A stretch of 62,790 bases of DNA, filler included, from Globobulimina sp. (taxonomy: Eukaryota), in the NCBI GenBank assembly GCA_003354225.1. It is 29 parts of 29 records of this genome, joined end to end, with 100 filler letters (N's around TTAATTAATTAA, not from the genome) between each part and the next. Parts side by side here need not be neighbours in the genome. Positions count along the whole stretch, not along the records: positions 10,855 to 12,924 come from PIVH01009255.1; positions 13,025 to 15,094 come from PIVH01009256.1; positions 15,195 to 17,264 come from PIVH01009257.1; positions 17,365 to 19,434 come from PIVH01009258.1; positions 19,535 to 21,604 come from PIVH01009259.1; positions 21,705 to 23,774 come from PIVH01009260.1; 23 more parts are not named here. One strand, given 5' to 3'. The stretch's first letter is position 1, and each line of letters opens with the position of its first letter. The position numbers and the translations under genes are program-made. The notes under the pieces were generated by a model, which was given only the letters and a program-made list of their open reading frames with translations, searched no databases and was not told where the DNA came from. Below, piece after piece: positions 12,019 through 23,874 of the stretch.

Positions 12019-12057
12019 TTTGAACATACAAGATTTTCTTGGCAAAAAAAACTTGAC

Positions 12058-12747
12058 TTATCTGTTCTCGTACAGTTTAGATTTCATTTGATGCCCATTT
12101 GATTGATACAATTGTGGCGCAATGAGTTCCATTTCGGCAAAATCCATATATCCACGATCATGTCCACTACTATGTTGTTTAGCGTATTCGAGAGCAACTC
12201 GCATAACAGTATTCCATCTTATTTTCTTCCATATCACTTTTTGATCATTTTCATTCAATAATAAAGACCAATTATCCTTCGATATTATCTCACGATCCAT
12301 TCCATTTTCTATTACATATTTATCAATTTCTTGTTGTATGTGTTCCATATTATCAATTAACCATAATATGCAATCCTTTCTTGTCAATACAACATGGATT
12401 TTGCTCCATTTCTCTTCTTCCACACAAATTGCAATGATATAATCTCGAACCATGAGTGGATTATTCGATGCTTGCATAACGTTTCCCATATTAACATGAC
12501 AAAATAAACTATTATTTACATCTCTGGCTATAAACCATGGAGCACATATTCCACTTATTGCATTCCGTAAGAATCGATAACAAATAAAATGTGTCAAACT
12601 ATCCAATCTTAATATTGGATCCAACAAAGTATCCTTCCCACCACACAATTTTTGCAAATAACTCTGTTTATGTGATTTCACTACACAAAAAATGTAAGCA
12701 ATATGTAGTAAGATATGAAGGCAAACCTTGGTTCGTTGCTGCAGCAA
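12058..12747 (-). CDS. Hypothetical protein, possibly a pseudogene fragment
   Basis: 229-codon ORF in AT-rich DNA with no recognisable motif. Confidence 0.3.
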   Translation of the reverse strand: MLQQRTKVCLHILLHIAYIFCVVKSHKQSYLQKLCGGKDTLLDPILRLDSLTHFICYRFLRNAISGICAPWFIARDVNNSLFCHVNMGNVMQASNNPLMVRDYIIAICVEEEKWSKIHVVLTRKDCILWLIDNMEHIQQEIDKYVIENGMDREIISKDNWSLLLNENDQKVIWKKIRWNTVMRVALEYAKQHSSGHDRGYMDFAEMELIAPQLYQSNGHQMKSKLYENR

Positions 12748-13356
12748 TCAAATATTTAGCACCCTCTGGATTTGGTATTAATTGATGAATTTCAGAGTGA
12801 AGAACAGTTCGAACATTGAAATTTATGGACGACACATATTTCGGATGCATTAACGTTTTTGTTGCTGTTGCTGTTGCTATATTTCCATCAAATGAATTGA
12901 GTGATATATTACCTGCGTTATAGANNNNNNNNNNNNNNNNNNNNNNNNNNNNNNNNNNNNNNNNNNNNTTAATTAATTAANNNNNNNNNNNNNNNNNNNN
13001 NNNNNNNNNNNNNNNNNNNNNNNNTTTGATTTGTTTTTTTGGATTTGGTTTTTTATACTGATTGGTTTGAAACTGTGCTAAATCGCCAGGTGGTTCTGTC
13101 ACTGACCGAGTTAAGCGATCAAAATCAATTTGATTGGGCGAATGTGTTGCTTTGGTTTGTATTCGATGGTTTAACTCATCCTCATCTTCCATATCTGTTG
13201 AATCATCGTCATACTCTTCATCCATTTCTATTAATTGCTCATCCATTCCTTTATATATATATATATATCGGTGAGGAAACTATGAAAATGGTGTTTTTTT
13301 TTGCTAGAAACTAAGTCACACTGCTTACTAAAGTATTATAAAACTAGCAAAGAATA

Positions 13357-14217
13357 ATGGCACATATTAACACAGTTTGGGATAATAAAAAAAGTGACAT
13401 ACCAAAAGATCATGAAATGTTTACATCTCAAGGTGGTCAGTCAGGGACCGGCGTATTACGCCCCGTAAAAGGGCCAAATAAGAGAGAAGCACAAGATGAC
13501 CCAGATTATTTAAATAAAATGATGAAATCACAAAAAGAAGACGGTATATCGACAGATAATAAATTTGAAGATGCAATATATGTATATAAGAATGGATATA
13601 AAATTGGTAATTCTGAGTTTAAAGATGCGACGAATAATGATGAAAACAAGAAATTTTTAAATGAATTAAATGAGGGGATAATACCAAAGCAGTTGGAACC
13701 TATTTTAAAACGACAATTTGGAGCGAATGCAGATGTAATGGAAGTAAAAGTAATAAATAAAAAAGATGAGGATTATAAACCACCACAAGCAAAACAACCA
13801 CAATTTAAAGCCTTTAAAGGTGCTGCACATTCAATGGTTGATGACTCAAAAAAACAAGATATTGATCAATTATTTGATACTGTTAAACCAGAAAAAATAA
13901 TATGTGATACCAAAAAACCAAATACACGAATACAAATTATATTAATTGGTGGCAAAAAAGAAACATTAAAAGTAAATAATTCAACGACCATATTACAAAT
14001 TTATGCTCATGTTAAAGCGTTAAGTTTTGCCTTTGCCTTTGCCTTTTTTCTCTGCGAATAAGTGCGAATTTGCGATCATATTATAATTAGTACATCTGGC
14101 TATGAAGGAAACTTTAGTTTATTGGCGGGATTTCCACCTCAATCCTTAAACAATCCATCAAACACTGTTAACGATGAGAAATTGCAGGGAGCGAGAATAA
14201 CACAAAAGAAACTATAA
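13357..14217 (+). CDS. p47/Shp1-like SEP + UBX domain p97 cofactor
   Basis: SEP (YKNGY..NKKFLNEL.EG.IPKQL), SHP box (FKAFKG) and UBX (TRIQIIL..G; LLAGFPP after intron 14019-14090). Confidence 0.85.
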
Positions 14218-14308
14218 TGTACTTTTATTGCATATTTTGCATTTCATTTGTTTGGTTGTTTCTGTCATTAAAATTTTAAAAAACCTCTACAGTCTACAAC
14301 TTTAAATA

Positions 14309-15094
14309 ATGTCAACTTGTTCAACTACGAAGCTAACCATAGTAATAATATACATTCTTTATGCTTTTATTATATCAACTTGTGAAGGTGGACTATTCCA
14401 AGCATTTTTCTATAGCGTAGAATGGACATCGTCGGTACCAGAAAGTAATATTATTTTAGGTGACACATTTGAGGTAGCAGAGATATCCTTAATTACAAAA
14501 AATAAAATAATAGATATTGTACCAACAATAATCGGATTTAAACATAATACGCCATTAACGGATAATTCATATTCAACAAAAACATATCCAACACAAAAAA
14601 ATGTTGCTATTAAATGGGATTTTAAGCAAATATTGACGCCGATTAATTACATAACAATTATCACAAATTGTGGCGATAAAAAGCCATCGTTATTTTGTAG
14701 TAATAGTAAATTAATATTTAATACGTCGACTGGTCGGGAAGCCATACATGAGCTTAATTATCATAATAGCAATATTTTAAAAATAATAATGTTTACATAT
14801 GATAATGAATGTGATACTAATACATTATTATTAGATAAAACAGAGAGTATTGATAAACAATGCGAAGGAGAGTGCGAGGAATGTTTACATAGTTTATATA
14901 TCGACTTAGATAGCTATATAATGAATACTTCGACCTCGACCACTAATAATCAATGTTTATGTCCATCCTATTCACTCGAATTAATTGCAAATAACCACTT
15001 ACAAATATGGCAAAACGATGAGCAGCTAAAAGAGCAAAGCATTGTTGGTCAAATAGTGCCATTTTCAGTTCTTAAACGTGTCCAAATAACATGG
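14309..15094 (+). CDS. Secreted or surface protein, 3' truncated
   Basis: N-terminal signal peptide. The ORF runs into the spacer. Confidence 0.45.
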
Positions 15095-15318
15095 NNNNNN
15101 NNNNNNNNNNNNNNNNNNNNNNNNNNNNNNNNNNNNNNTTAATTAATTAANNNNNNNNNNNNNNNNNNNNNNNNNNNNNNNNNNNNNNNNNNNNAAGATT
15201 AAAAATCAAAACCGAATTACAAATCCGATCCAAATCGAATCACGGCAAGTTATACACAAACAAACAGAGCCAAAGTCAAAGCCAAACGGAGCTGGAACAG
15301 AAAAAAAGTGATATAAAT

Positions 15319-16644
15319 ATGGCAGATTTGGAGAAACAAATTGATAATGAAATAGATTTAGACGACTTATTGCATCATATACCAAAATTAAAACATGTGT
15401 CGAAAATGGAATATTTGGATGAAAAGAAGGAATATCAATTACAATTAAAAAAACATGGCATGAAGTCCTCCACAAAAGGAGGCGACATCAATATAGCCAC
15501 AGATATGGACAATACGCAGAATAATAACCCTCATCATAACCACCATAAGTTTAAATTTGTAGATCCTGGACATTTTGTGGAAGATAATTCGTTCAAAACA
15601 CTGCAGCAACAACAACAAATGGAAGGGAATAACACCACCAATACTGAAGAAATAACATATGATACGTATCCAAATAACAATTATCCAAAATCTACCTATG
15701 TCAGCACTACCTTTTCATGTCACGTATATTACCCGCACCAATTCCGTGCCCTACGGCGTCGACTCTATGCTGACAAACAAGATTTTATTGAAAGTTTATC
15801 GCGCTGCCAATCCTGGAATACATCGGGCGGTAAATCTGGCAGTACATTTAAGAAAACATTGGATCACCGATTTGTGCTTAAATTTGTCAAACAAAATGAG
15901 TTTCGCATGTTTTTAGATAATGCACAATCCTATTTTGAGCATATGGCGTCTGTGCTATTTAAGAATTATCCCTCTGTGTTGGTGCACATATTGGGCGTAT
16001 ACCAGATATCGTGGAACAAATCCAACTCTTCAAAGTCAAATAAGTTTGGCAAATACGTGATTGTTATGCCCAATCTGTGGTACGGTAAGAACATCACAAA
16101 GCAATTTGACTTGAAAGGGTCGCTACGAAATAGATACGTCGGCCAGGACAAAATAGATAGGCATAAAAAACAAAAACTAGCCACCGGCAATACAATATTT
16201 ACGAGTCGCACTGTGATGTTGGACAAGAATTTCATTGAATACATGAAAGGTTTTCCAATGACATTAGAAGATCAATCGAAACAACATTTGCATAAAGCCG
16301 TACATAATGATACATTATTTTTATGTCGATCGGATGTCATTGATTATTCATTGTTGGTTGGCATTAATGACTGTGATGGCAACAATGAATTAGTGGTTGG
16401 TATTATTGATTATCTGAGGACATATACATGGGATAAAGCGGTGGAAGAACAAGCAAAATCCATCGGAATGGTGATTGGGAAGCAAGCGCCGACCATTACG
16501 AGTCCGAAAAATTATAAACAACGGTTTAGAGAAGCGATGGAAAGATATTTTATGGTCTCTCCGGATAGGAAATCGAAAAGAATTAATAGGCCAAAAGACA
16601 AAGGATTGACTGATGCGGTTAAAGACATACTTATACATTGTTGA
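15319..16644 (+). CDS. FAB1: PIKfyve/Fab1-type phosphatidylinositol-3-phosphate 5-kinase catalytic domain (C-terminal part)
   Basis: SGGKSGS, FDLKGSLRNR, IDYSLLVG, GIIDYLRTYTWDK and PTITSPKNYKQRFREAMERYF. Confidence 0.88.
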   Translation: MADLEKQIDNEIDLDDLLHHIPKLKHVSKMEYLDEKKEYQLQLKKHGMKSSTKGGDINIATDMDNTQNNNPHHNHHKFKFVDPGHFVEDNSFKTLQQQQQMEGNNTTNTEEITYDTYPNNNYPKSTYVSTTFSCHVYYPHQFRALRRRLYADKQDFIESLSRCQSWNTSGGKSGSTFKKTLDHRFVLKFVKQNEFRMFLDNAQSYFEHMASVLFKNYPSVLVHILGVYQISWNKSNSSKSNKFGKYVIVMPNLWYGKNITKQFDLKGSLRNRYVGQDKIDRHKKQKLATGNTIFTSRTVMLDKNFIEYMKGFPMTLEDQSKQHLHKAVHNDTLFLCRSDVIDYSLLVGINDCDGNNELVVGIIDYLRTYTWDKAVEEQAKSIGMVIGKQAPTITSPKNYKQRFREAMERYFMVSPDRKSKRINRPKDKGLTDAVKDILIHC

Positions 16645-16870
16645 ATTTGTGAAATTTTGTTTGAAATATTAAAATATTTTCTTCAATTTCTTTTTTATTT
16701 TTCCCAGTTGAGGCATTCAAACAAAAAAAAAATCAACATCGTCAATAAAATATCCATTTGACTTTTTCGGTTCGCATTTCTAAACACTTCTTTTGTGATT
16801 GACTAAGGCAACATTTAGGAGCAGCGCCCCGTTCGCATGGATTTGGTCAGGAAAAATAAATTTATTCAAG

Positions 16871-17112
16871 CGGTTCAGGTGGGATTTTAACCCACATCCA
16901 TGTGTGTTGCATGACAGAATTAATTAAACAGGATAACACTGATAAATGCTGGATTTTTATTGCTTTTAGCGGTTATTTTTTTTTTATTTTGTTTTTTTTT
17001 GTTTGAAGACGTTGCATATGATCATATATTGCATCATAAGCACATGTTGCAGTTATTCAGGGTGCAGCCAAAGCCACAAGACACACGCTCTAACGAGTTG
17101 AGCTACTGAACC
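16871..17112 (-). ncRNA. tRNA-shaped element with about 170-nt insert in the anticodon loop (copy A)
   Basis: Minus strand reads GGTTCAG-TA-GCTC-AACTCGTTA-GAGC-G-TGTGT-CTTGTGGC..insert..ACACA-TGGAT-GTGGG-TTAAAAT-CCCAC-CTGAACC-G. All four stems pair and the T-loop is degenerate. Confidence 0.8.
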
Positions 17113-17810
17113 TCATTGTATTGGTATTACTTAATATCCTGGAATCAAACAATTGTATACATATACAATGTTGAAAATACAATTAAAAGATCATGGTAAA
17201 AGAAATTAACAAATATCTATTTAACTTTTTTGGCTTAGTTTTGTTTCGTTTCATTTCATCGATTNNNNNNNNNNNNNNNNNNNNNNNNNNNNNNNNNNNN
17301 NNNNNNNNTTAATTAATTAANNNNNNNNNNNNNNNNNNNNNNNNNNNNNNNNNNNNNNNNNNNNAGGCTAGCGGGGGGGGGCTAACCCAAAATTGCGATT
17401 TTTGGCCAAAATATTGCGTTTTTGAGTTAAAAACGATAGGAATAGTAAAATTACCAAGCAATAATCACTTTTTAAGGCATACGAGATAATTATATCGAAA
17501 TTTAAAATAATTTCTGGCTGCTGTCTACGAGTTTTTATGTCAGATTTTTATGGTAAACTGCTAGGAATCGATTTCTGGCATGTTTTGAGGGCAGTTTGGA
17601 GTAATAATAAACATATATTTGGTCAGAAAACATGATTTTTGCCCAAAGTTCATGGTACGAAAATTCCCAAAAATTTTGCCCCCAGGCTAGGGGGGGGCTA
17701 GGCCGATGCTCAGGGTGGGCCAGCCCCCCCCCCGTGTGCAGGTCTGCCAGTGCAGTGCATACAACTACATAGAAATGCATTAAAAATTGCGTAAAATACT
17801 TTATTCTTAC

Positions 17811-18717
17811 GTCATGCGCTCATTGAAAAAGCCGCGTCCATATCCATCAACATCTATGGCTAACATTGATATATTATTAACACGTTTCACAATTGTAGCC
17901 AGAACTGACTTTAGATCAGCACCTTTATAATGATGACAATTGATAGTAAACATGTCACTACTGGTTCCTTCCAAATCAATTCTCAAACTAGAAAAGTCAC
18001 AGATCCAGAAAGCGCGTAACGCCTAAAAAAGGTAATCAATAATTTTGGGTTCACTCAGCAGAAACATTGCACATTGTGAACAATTTCCGATTGTTAAAGG
18101 CTAAACTCAAGAAATCTTACTACTATGCAGTTATCATTTACCTTACTGTTCTTGAAACGTCCATACATGGATTCTAATTTGACCAACTCAGACACAGAGA
18201 ACTTCTTGCCATTCACAGGTGTTATAGCAGAAACGATCATATCAATCAACTCATCGGGTAACAAATCTACATAGCAAATTCCATCCTGCAATTGTTAGGA
18301 ACAAAATGTATACATAATAATAAAATGTACACTTTTGTAAAGCTTTACTTCAGTCTTGTTCTCTGGTTCCAAGAAGTTAGGCGTGGGGTTGGAATCGGGC
18401 GTTCGATCGCCTCTAAAGTCACGGACTGTGAAGGGTCTGCAATCGCCATCTGCAGTGTCTACAAAGAAAATGAATAAAAGGTGACTATTAAACTGGAGCA
18501 AAAATAGCGAAAAATCTACCAAAAGCACAAACATAGTAAAGCTCTCTGGTAATGGTCTTGTATCTGCGTCGAAAATAATCTCTGACCTTTCGCCAACGTC
18601 GATAGACTTCTGTATGTTTTCTTGCACGTTTATACATCTTTTTCGTCTTTTTCTGTACACTTTTTGAGGTTGCCATGTGTCGTCAGCAAATGAAGGCAAT
18701 AAACTAAATATCGTCAA
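17811..18717 (-). CDS. Spliced F-box-like protein gene (approximate bounds)
   Basis: Exon with VDLLPDELIDMIV..LVKLESMYGRFK (F-box-like), flanked by TTGCAG and GTAAAT. Further donors GTAAAG and GTAAGA. Confidence 0.45.
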
Positions 18718-18723
18718 CCAGCG

Positions 18724-19260
18724 ACCTATAACAAATGGCGCATTAAAAAGTATGCTACATGTATAATCTGCGCCTAAATATTACTGTAAAATGGCAAGTA
18801 TTATTCACGTGTCACGACTTTTTATATTTTCATCTTGCAACTGTTAAAATTAGCCAATAACAGATATAACATAGGATAGGAACTTGGCCGAAAATAGTTA
18901 AAATTTCAATACCAGAATTATTTCTCATCCTAGCATTATTCCAATTGGTTTCGAACTTGGCCGAAAATCAAAATTTCAATAAAAATACCAGAATTATTTC
19001 TGATTCTATTCCAATACAAAATACAACCTATAACAAACCTATAACAAATGGCGCATTAAAAAGCATGATACATGTATAATCTGCGCCTAAATATTACTGT
19101 ATCATAAATGGCAATTATTGACGTGTCACGCACGACTTTTTATATTTTGATTCTTACATCTTGCAACTATTCAACTTAGCCAAAAACAGATATAACATAG
19201 GATAGGAACTTGGCCGAAAATAGTTAAAATTTGAATGAAAACACCAGAATTATTTCTCAT
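18724..19260. repeat. Imperfect direct duplication of about 205-225 nt
   Basis: ACCTATAACAAATGGCGCATTAAAAAG...GAACTTGGCCGAAAATAGTTAAAATT...CCAGAATTATTTCTCAT occurs at 18724-18928 and 19037-19260, with a partial third copy near 18953-19001. Confidence 0.9.
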
Positions 19261-19342
19261 AATATTATATCACAATGTCGTCACAGTGGATGATGATGAT
19301 GATTTTTATTGTACTTTATTGTGCTGTACTGTACTGTTCTTT

Positions 19343-19434
19343 ATTGTATTGTATTGTATTGTATTGTATTGTATTGTATTGTATTGTATTGTATTGTATT
19401 GTATTGTATTGTATTGTATTGTATTGTATTGTAT
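19343..19434. repeat. (ATTGT)n pentanucleotide microsatellite
   Basis: About 18 perfect units up to the contig end. Confidence 0.97.
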
Positions 19435-19534
19435 NNNNNNNNNNNNNNNNNNNNNNNNNNNNNNNNNNNNNNNNNNNNTTAATTAATTAANNNNNNNNNN
19501 NNNNNNNNNNNNNNNNNNNNNNNNNNNNNNNNNN

Positions 19535-21410
19535 AATAAACATTGCCCGCATCACCATTGACAGCATCTTCTCTTTTTAAATTTGATATAAATTTCTGCG
19601 TCAATCGCCCCGACAACCGAAATTGCCACCTTTTCACTTGTTTCACGATTTTTTGCTTTGAACGGGCTGCTAGATCTCTCCAAAGGTGCAATTAACTCAT
19701 TATTTAACGCAGCAAAAAACCTACAATCGACAGATTACGTTTTTATGCAAAATATTAATTTCAGTGATATTCCTAAGTTCAATCCATCGTATTTTACACC
19801 ATTGGAGATACCATCCAATTTAATATCGCATCTATTGGACTCAAATAATAAATTGATTGATTTTAATACCAATTGGCTCAAATCACTTTTAGTTGAGCTA
19901 CAAATCCATCCTAAAAGCATACAATTAGGCTTTACCGATGGATCAAATAAAGACCTATATGGCGGATCGGGTCTATTTTCCTGCTCAGCCCATTATTATT
20001 TCTTCGACTTATCTTATGACAGCATTATAGCGAATAAATTTATCGATCCTGATATCGATTCCAACCATAATACCATAAGCAACTATTTTTACCATGCCAG
20101 ATCAGTGGGAATTCGCTCAAGTATCGACCACTGCGAAATCGATGGTGTCGATCTGTTGCTGGATGATTTGGATTATTACATCAAAGAAATTGAGTCAAAC
20201 GACCCATTAAAAATTCCCAGTGATATTATGCTCATTATTGACAATCTGGGTGTCATCAAATGGATACTCGGATTAAATGACATTAAATCAAATCAACAAT
20301 TGTATACAATAAAATCAATCAAATTCATCGTCAAATAAATTACTTAAAGCATTATAACATCAAAGTACACATAGTTTGGAAGAATTCGCATACCGGGGAA
20401 CCTGGCAATGATTTGGCGGACTTACTAGCAAAGTTAGCGATGATAAATCTGTATCAAACCAAGGACTGGACCGAATATAAAATCAACCCATCGATAAATG
20501 AATGGCAGAACTATGACTATCAAGCCATTAAAAAGGAACATAAAAGAAATGCATGGTACAACACGCTGAGCAAATTAAGAAACACATACAAAATCTCAAA
20601 AAAGAACAAATATCGCAAATCGCTCTCTTCTCAATATGCAAAATGGAACATAACATATAACAGAATATTTAAGCAAGAATTAAAACATTTGGAGTTCGCC
20701 AAATGGAAAAATATATCAACTTTGCGCGTTGGCCATGGTATCCTCAACGCACAAACCAAATGGAAGCAAGACACCAAATGCATACATCTGAATTGTGGCG
20801 AATTGGAAACAGTTTCGCATTTTTTGTTACACTGCGAATCTTATCATCATCTAAGAACTGAGTTATTCAGGCATTATGAAGAGATATTGGGCCAATATGA
20901 ATCTGCATTTATTTGGCCTGAAAATGACGAGAAGAAATTAAAAATCCTATTATTTCCACTCCACTCACAAATCACATCTAAAGACATCATGCGAAATCAA
21001 ATAGAATGGGACAAATACTGCGAAGCACGAATTAGTTGTTTGAATATATTGTCGAAGTTTATTGATGACACAAAACGATTCACCAATCAATGGAATTATG
21101 ATTTTCATACTTGGTAAATCTTGAATCATCTGAAATAATCAAACTTTAAATTAACTTTATCTATATATTTGTGGTACACTTTTACTGACTCTGTCGAGTC
21201 TACTTTACTTTTTGTTTGTTGTTAGTAAAAAGATTTTGAAAAAATCTATTTGTGTGTTTTCTTTTTATTCATTGTATGATTATTTTGTCCGGGTTATGTG
21301 TATCTGTACACAAACTTTACCGGTTGGCTACTTATTTATTGTCTTGCCGTTTTCCTCTGGCAAGCGCTTAATTTAAAAACTCCACTTTATTCCCTCCGCT
21401 TTCCAAAAAA
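19535..21410 (+). mobile_element. 3' end of a non-LTR retrotransposon with RNase H and CCHC zinc knuckle, frameshifted
   Basis: RNase H motifs FTDGS, CEIDGV and IIDN, and after a frameshift near 20310 VWKNSHTGEPGNDLADLLAK. Then LRVGHGIL..C..CGELETVSHFLLHC, followed by a 3' UTR ending in an A-run. Confidence 0.85.
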
Positions 21411-21704
21411 GGTATGTTTGTACATGAAATAAATTATGTTTCTGTTGTACATGATATTTAGAAACAAAGGCAAACACTACACGTTTTTGGAATGATTGAT
21501 ACAATTCATAATCGATTGCCTTTATTGGAAGGAAAATAGGTTAATAATAAAATGTTAATGGTTCCCGATGAAACACAACCTTTAAGAATTCAATTTTGAC
21601 TTTCNNNNNNNNNNNNNNNNNNNNNNNNNNNNNNNNNNNNNNNNNNNNTTAATTAATTAANNNNNNNNNNNNNNNNNNNNNNNNNNNNNNNNNNNNNNNN
21701 NNNN

Positions 21705-23774
21705 AACACTGAGAAACGCCAACTTACACAGCTCGGCGTTCTCAGAGCAAGCAAGATGAAGAGACCATTCCCGCCCAAGCAAACGCAAGAAATTTCATCT
21801 GGTTATTCTGTGGGATACAATTAAAATAACCATCTTCTAAGTCACGTGTCCAATTGACATATTGTACAGTACAAAATTCGTCATGAATATTCCCGTTGAC
21901 GGATGTATCAAACTGTTTCTTCGGAAACGAATGATTTATCACAGGTCGGACGGAGCTGTCAGGTTTTGGCACTCCATGTATGGGGCTAACAGTGACCCCT
22001 AATCGTTGTGCCTGTGCTTTTGTGAAAGGCCCGAGAATCTGGCCACGGGTGTACCATTTAAAGACAGTTTTTGATAAACCCACACTAGTCAAGGGGTCTG
22101 CAGGGGGGTTACGGATAATATGCCGTGGTTCAGGCGGATGAATCATATCAAAACCTAAATCAACACCGACTTCTAACGAAATCAACAGGTTCTCAAGCTC
22201 AACTTTCGAACAGTGGTCGGTTGCATTTTTTCGCCACTGTTCGATATCATAATACTTGCGGTGTATCTCTGTTTTCTGTTTGAGCCGCTTTAATTTTAAC
22301 AGCCATTCATTTTTCAACCTCTCCTGTTGTACTGCCTGAACACAAAACAAAAGTCATTGGTGTGTAAGTTGTGTAGATTTTGGGACTGAAAACAAGTAAA
22401 ATCTTGATATATTAAATATAAAACAAAAACACCACAACGACAGAAAGAAAATGAAATATAACAAGATAAGTGTGTCAGTTTCTCCTCGCATTGTTAATAT
22501 CCACCACGTCGGCAACCTCTACCGCGACGATAACCTCCTCGGAAACCGCCTCCTCGACCTCCTCGGAAATTATTAAAGTTATTCCCGTTTCTATAATTAT
22601 TTGTGCAACTTTTCAATGTGCATCCATCTTTTTTGGACGTTGCGTATTGACACAACGACTTTTTAAATGTTAATGTCGGTAAATTATCCATGAACCAACT
22701 CTGACTGTTCCTTTTTTGAATATGTAAAGCTTCAATTTCAATCATCAAATCCGTATATAATGTATCAATCTCAAAATTCTCACTATCCAAATACGCCAAA
22801 ATAGTGGACGTAAGCTCTCCTTTTGCATCATTATAGAATAAATGCAGTATATTGTCCCACAATTTCACCAAATCCCTCAACAATTTATGTTGCTGTACAT
22901 CGGCATCGGAGTCTCCTGACAATCCAAAATCATTAATTTTTATCTTTGCCAACTTATTCAATAACGCCAACAGAACCTCATTGGGAATGTTGACGTCCGG
23001 CATCTTGATCAAGATCTCATTGAACGCCAAACCGTCGTTGGCCACCACGATGAGATTTTGTTTTGCAGCACAATGATGTGGCGGTTCCTTGACCCACTTC
23101 TTCAACAATCTCTGTGTGACCTTCAATTTATCGTTTTTATTATGCTTCTTGAGCAATTTCTTGGATTCCCTTTTCGTATTTGCATCTCGTGCCCTTTCCA
23201 AGCATCCCTGCTTCGGCTTATCGTCCCTGTCCAGGCAGTATCGTCCTCCGACGAACTCGATGACTCTGACGCATCACTGGACGCATTATCATCGGATGAG
23301 GAGCTGTCATGTTCTGTGGTATCAGCTGCCGGCCGTGATATAGTGCGACTGGCCGCAGTTGCAGCCCTTGCAGTGGCTTTCCGTTTCTTTCGACGCTGCT
23401 TTCTCTCATCACCATACATCATCGTACGAATTGCCTATATATCACAGACAACCACATAAAATCAGTTGGTGCATAACCAACGCATTGTGCACATTGCCCC
23501 GAGACTTAACCGGCTAACTATGCAATGTCTGCCACATTCATCAGACTGCTCCGATACAGAATCGGCTCACTCCTCAGTTACATGTATGGTGTATCTATTC
23601 TTTCCGTGCCAAGAGTGCACATCACAACACTGAGAAACGCCAACTTACACAGCTCGGCGTTCTCAGAGCAAGCAAGATGAAGAGACCATTCCCGCCCAAG
23701 CAAACGCAAGAAATTTCATCTGGTCCCTCTGTGGGATACAATTAAAATAAGCATCTTGTAAGTCCCGTGTCCAA
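21705..23774 (-). mobile_element. Deleted DIRS/Ngaro-class retrotransposon derivative (gag-like ORF + truncated RT), apparent 1921-nt tandem unit
   Basis: RT motifs VSPIHGVPKPDSSVRPVINHSFP..SVNGNI..TRDLEDGYF..FLAFAW at 21742-22350, stopping before any YxDD. An upstream ORF ends in RGG repeats. A 149-nt near-identical direct repeat sits at both contig ends. Confidence 0.75.
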
Positions 23775-23874
23775 NNNNNNNNNNNNNNNNNNNNNNNNNN
23801 NNNNNNNNNNNNNNNNNNTTAATTAATTAANNNNNNNNNNNNNNNNNNNNNNNNNNNNNNNNNNNNNNNNNNNN

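Noticed and set aside
16871-17112. Calling the tRNA-like elements functional tRNA-Cys/Thr/His genes or tmRNA
   Set aside because: The anticodon is inconsistent, T-loops are degenerate and inserts are very long. A full D-arm is present and there is no G3-U70 alanine identity pair, so tmRNA is not supported.
19235-19490. ORFs encoding (VLYCI)n repeats
   Set aside because: They are translations of the ATTGT microsatellite.
21705-21853. Terminal direct repeats read as LTRs or as a DGR template/variable repeat pair
   Set aside because: The repeat consists largely of RT coding sequence, lacks TG..CA LTR ends, and its differences are not adenine-specific.
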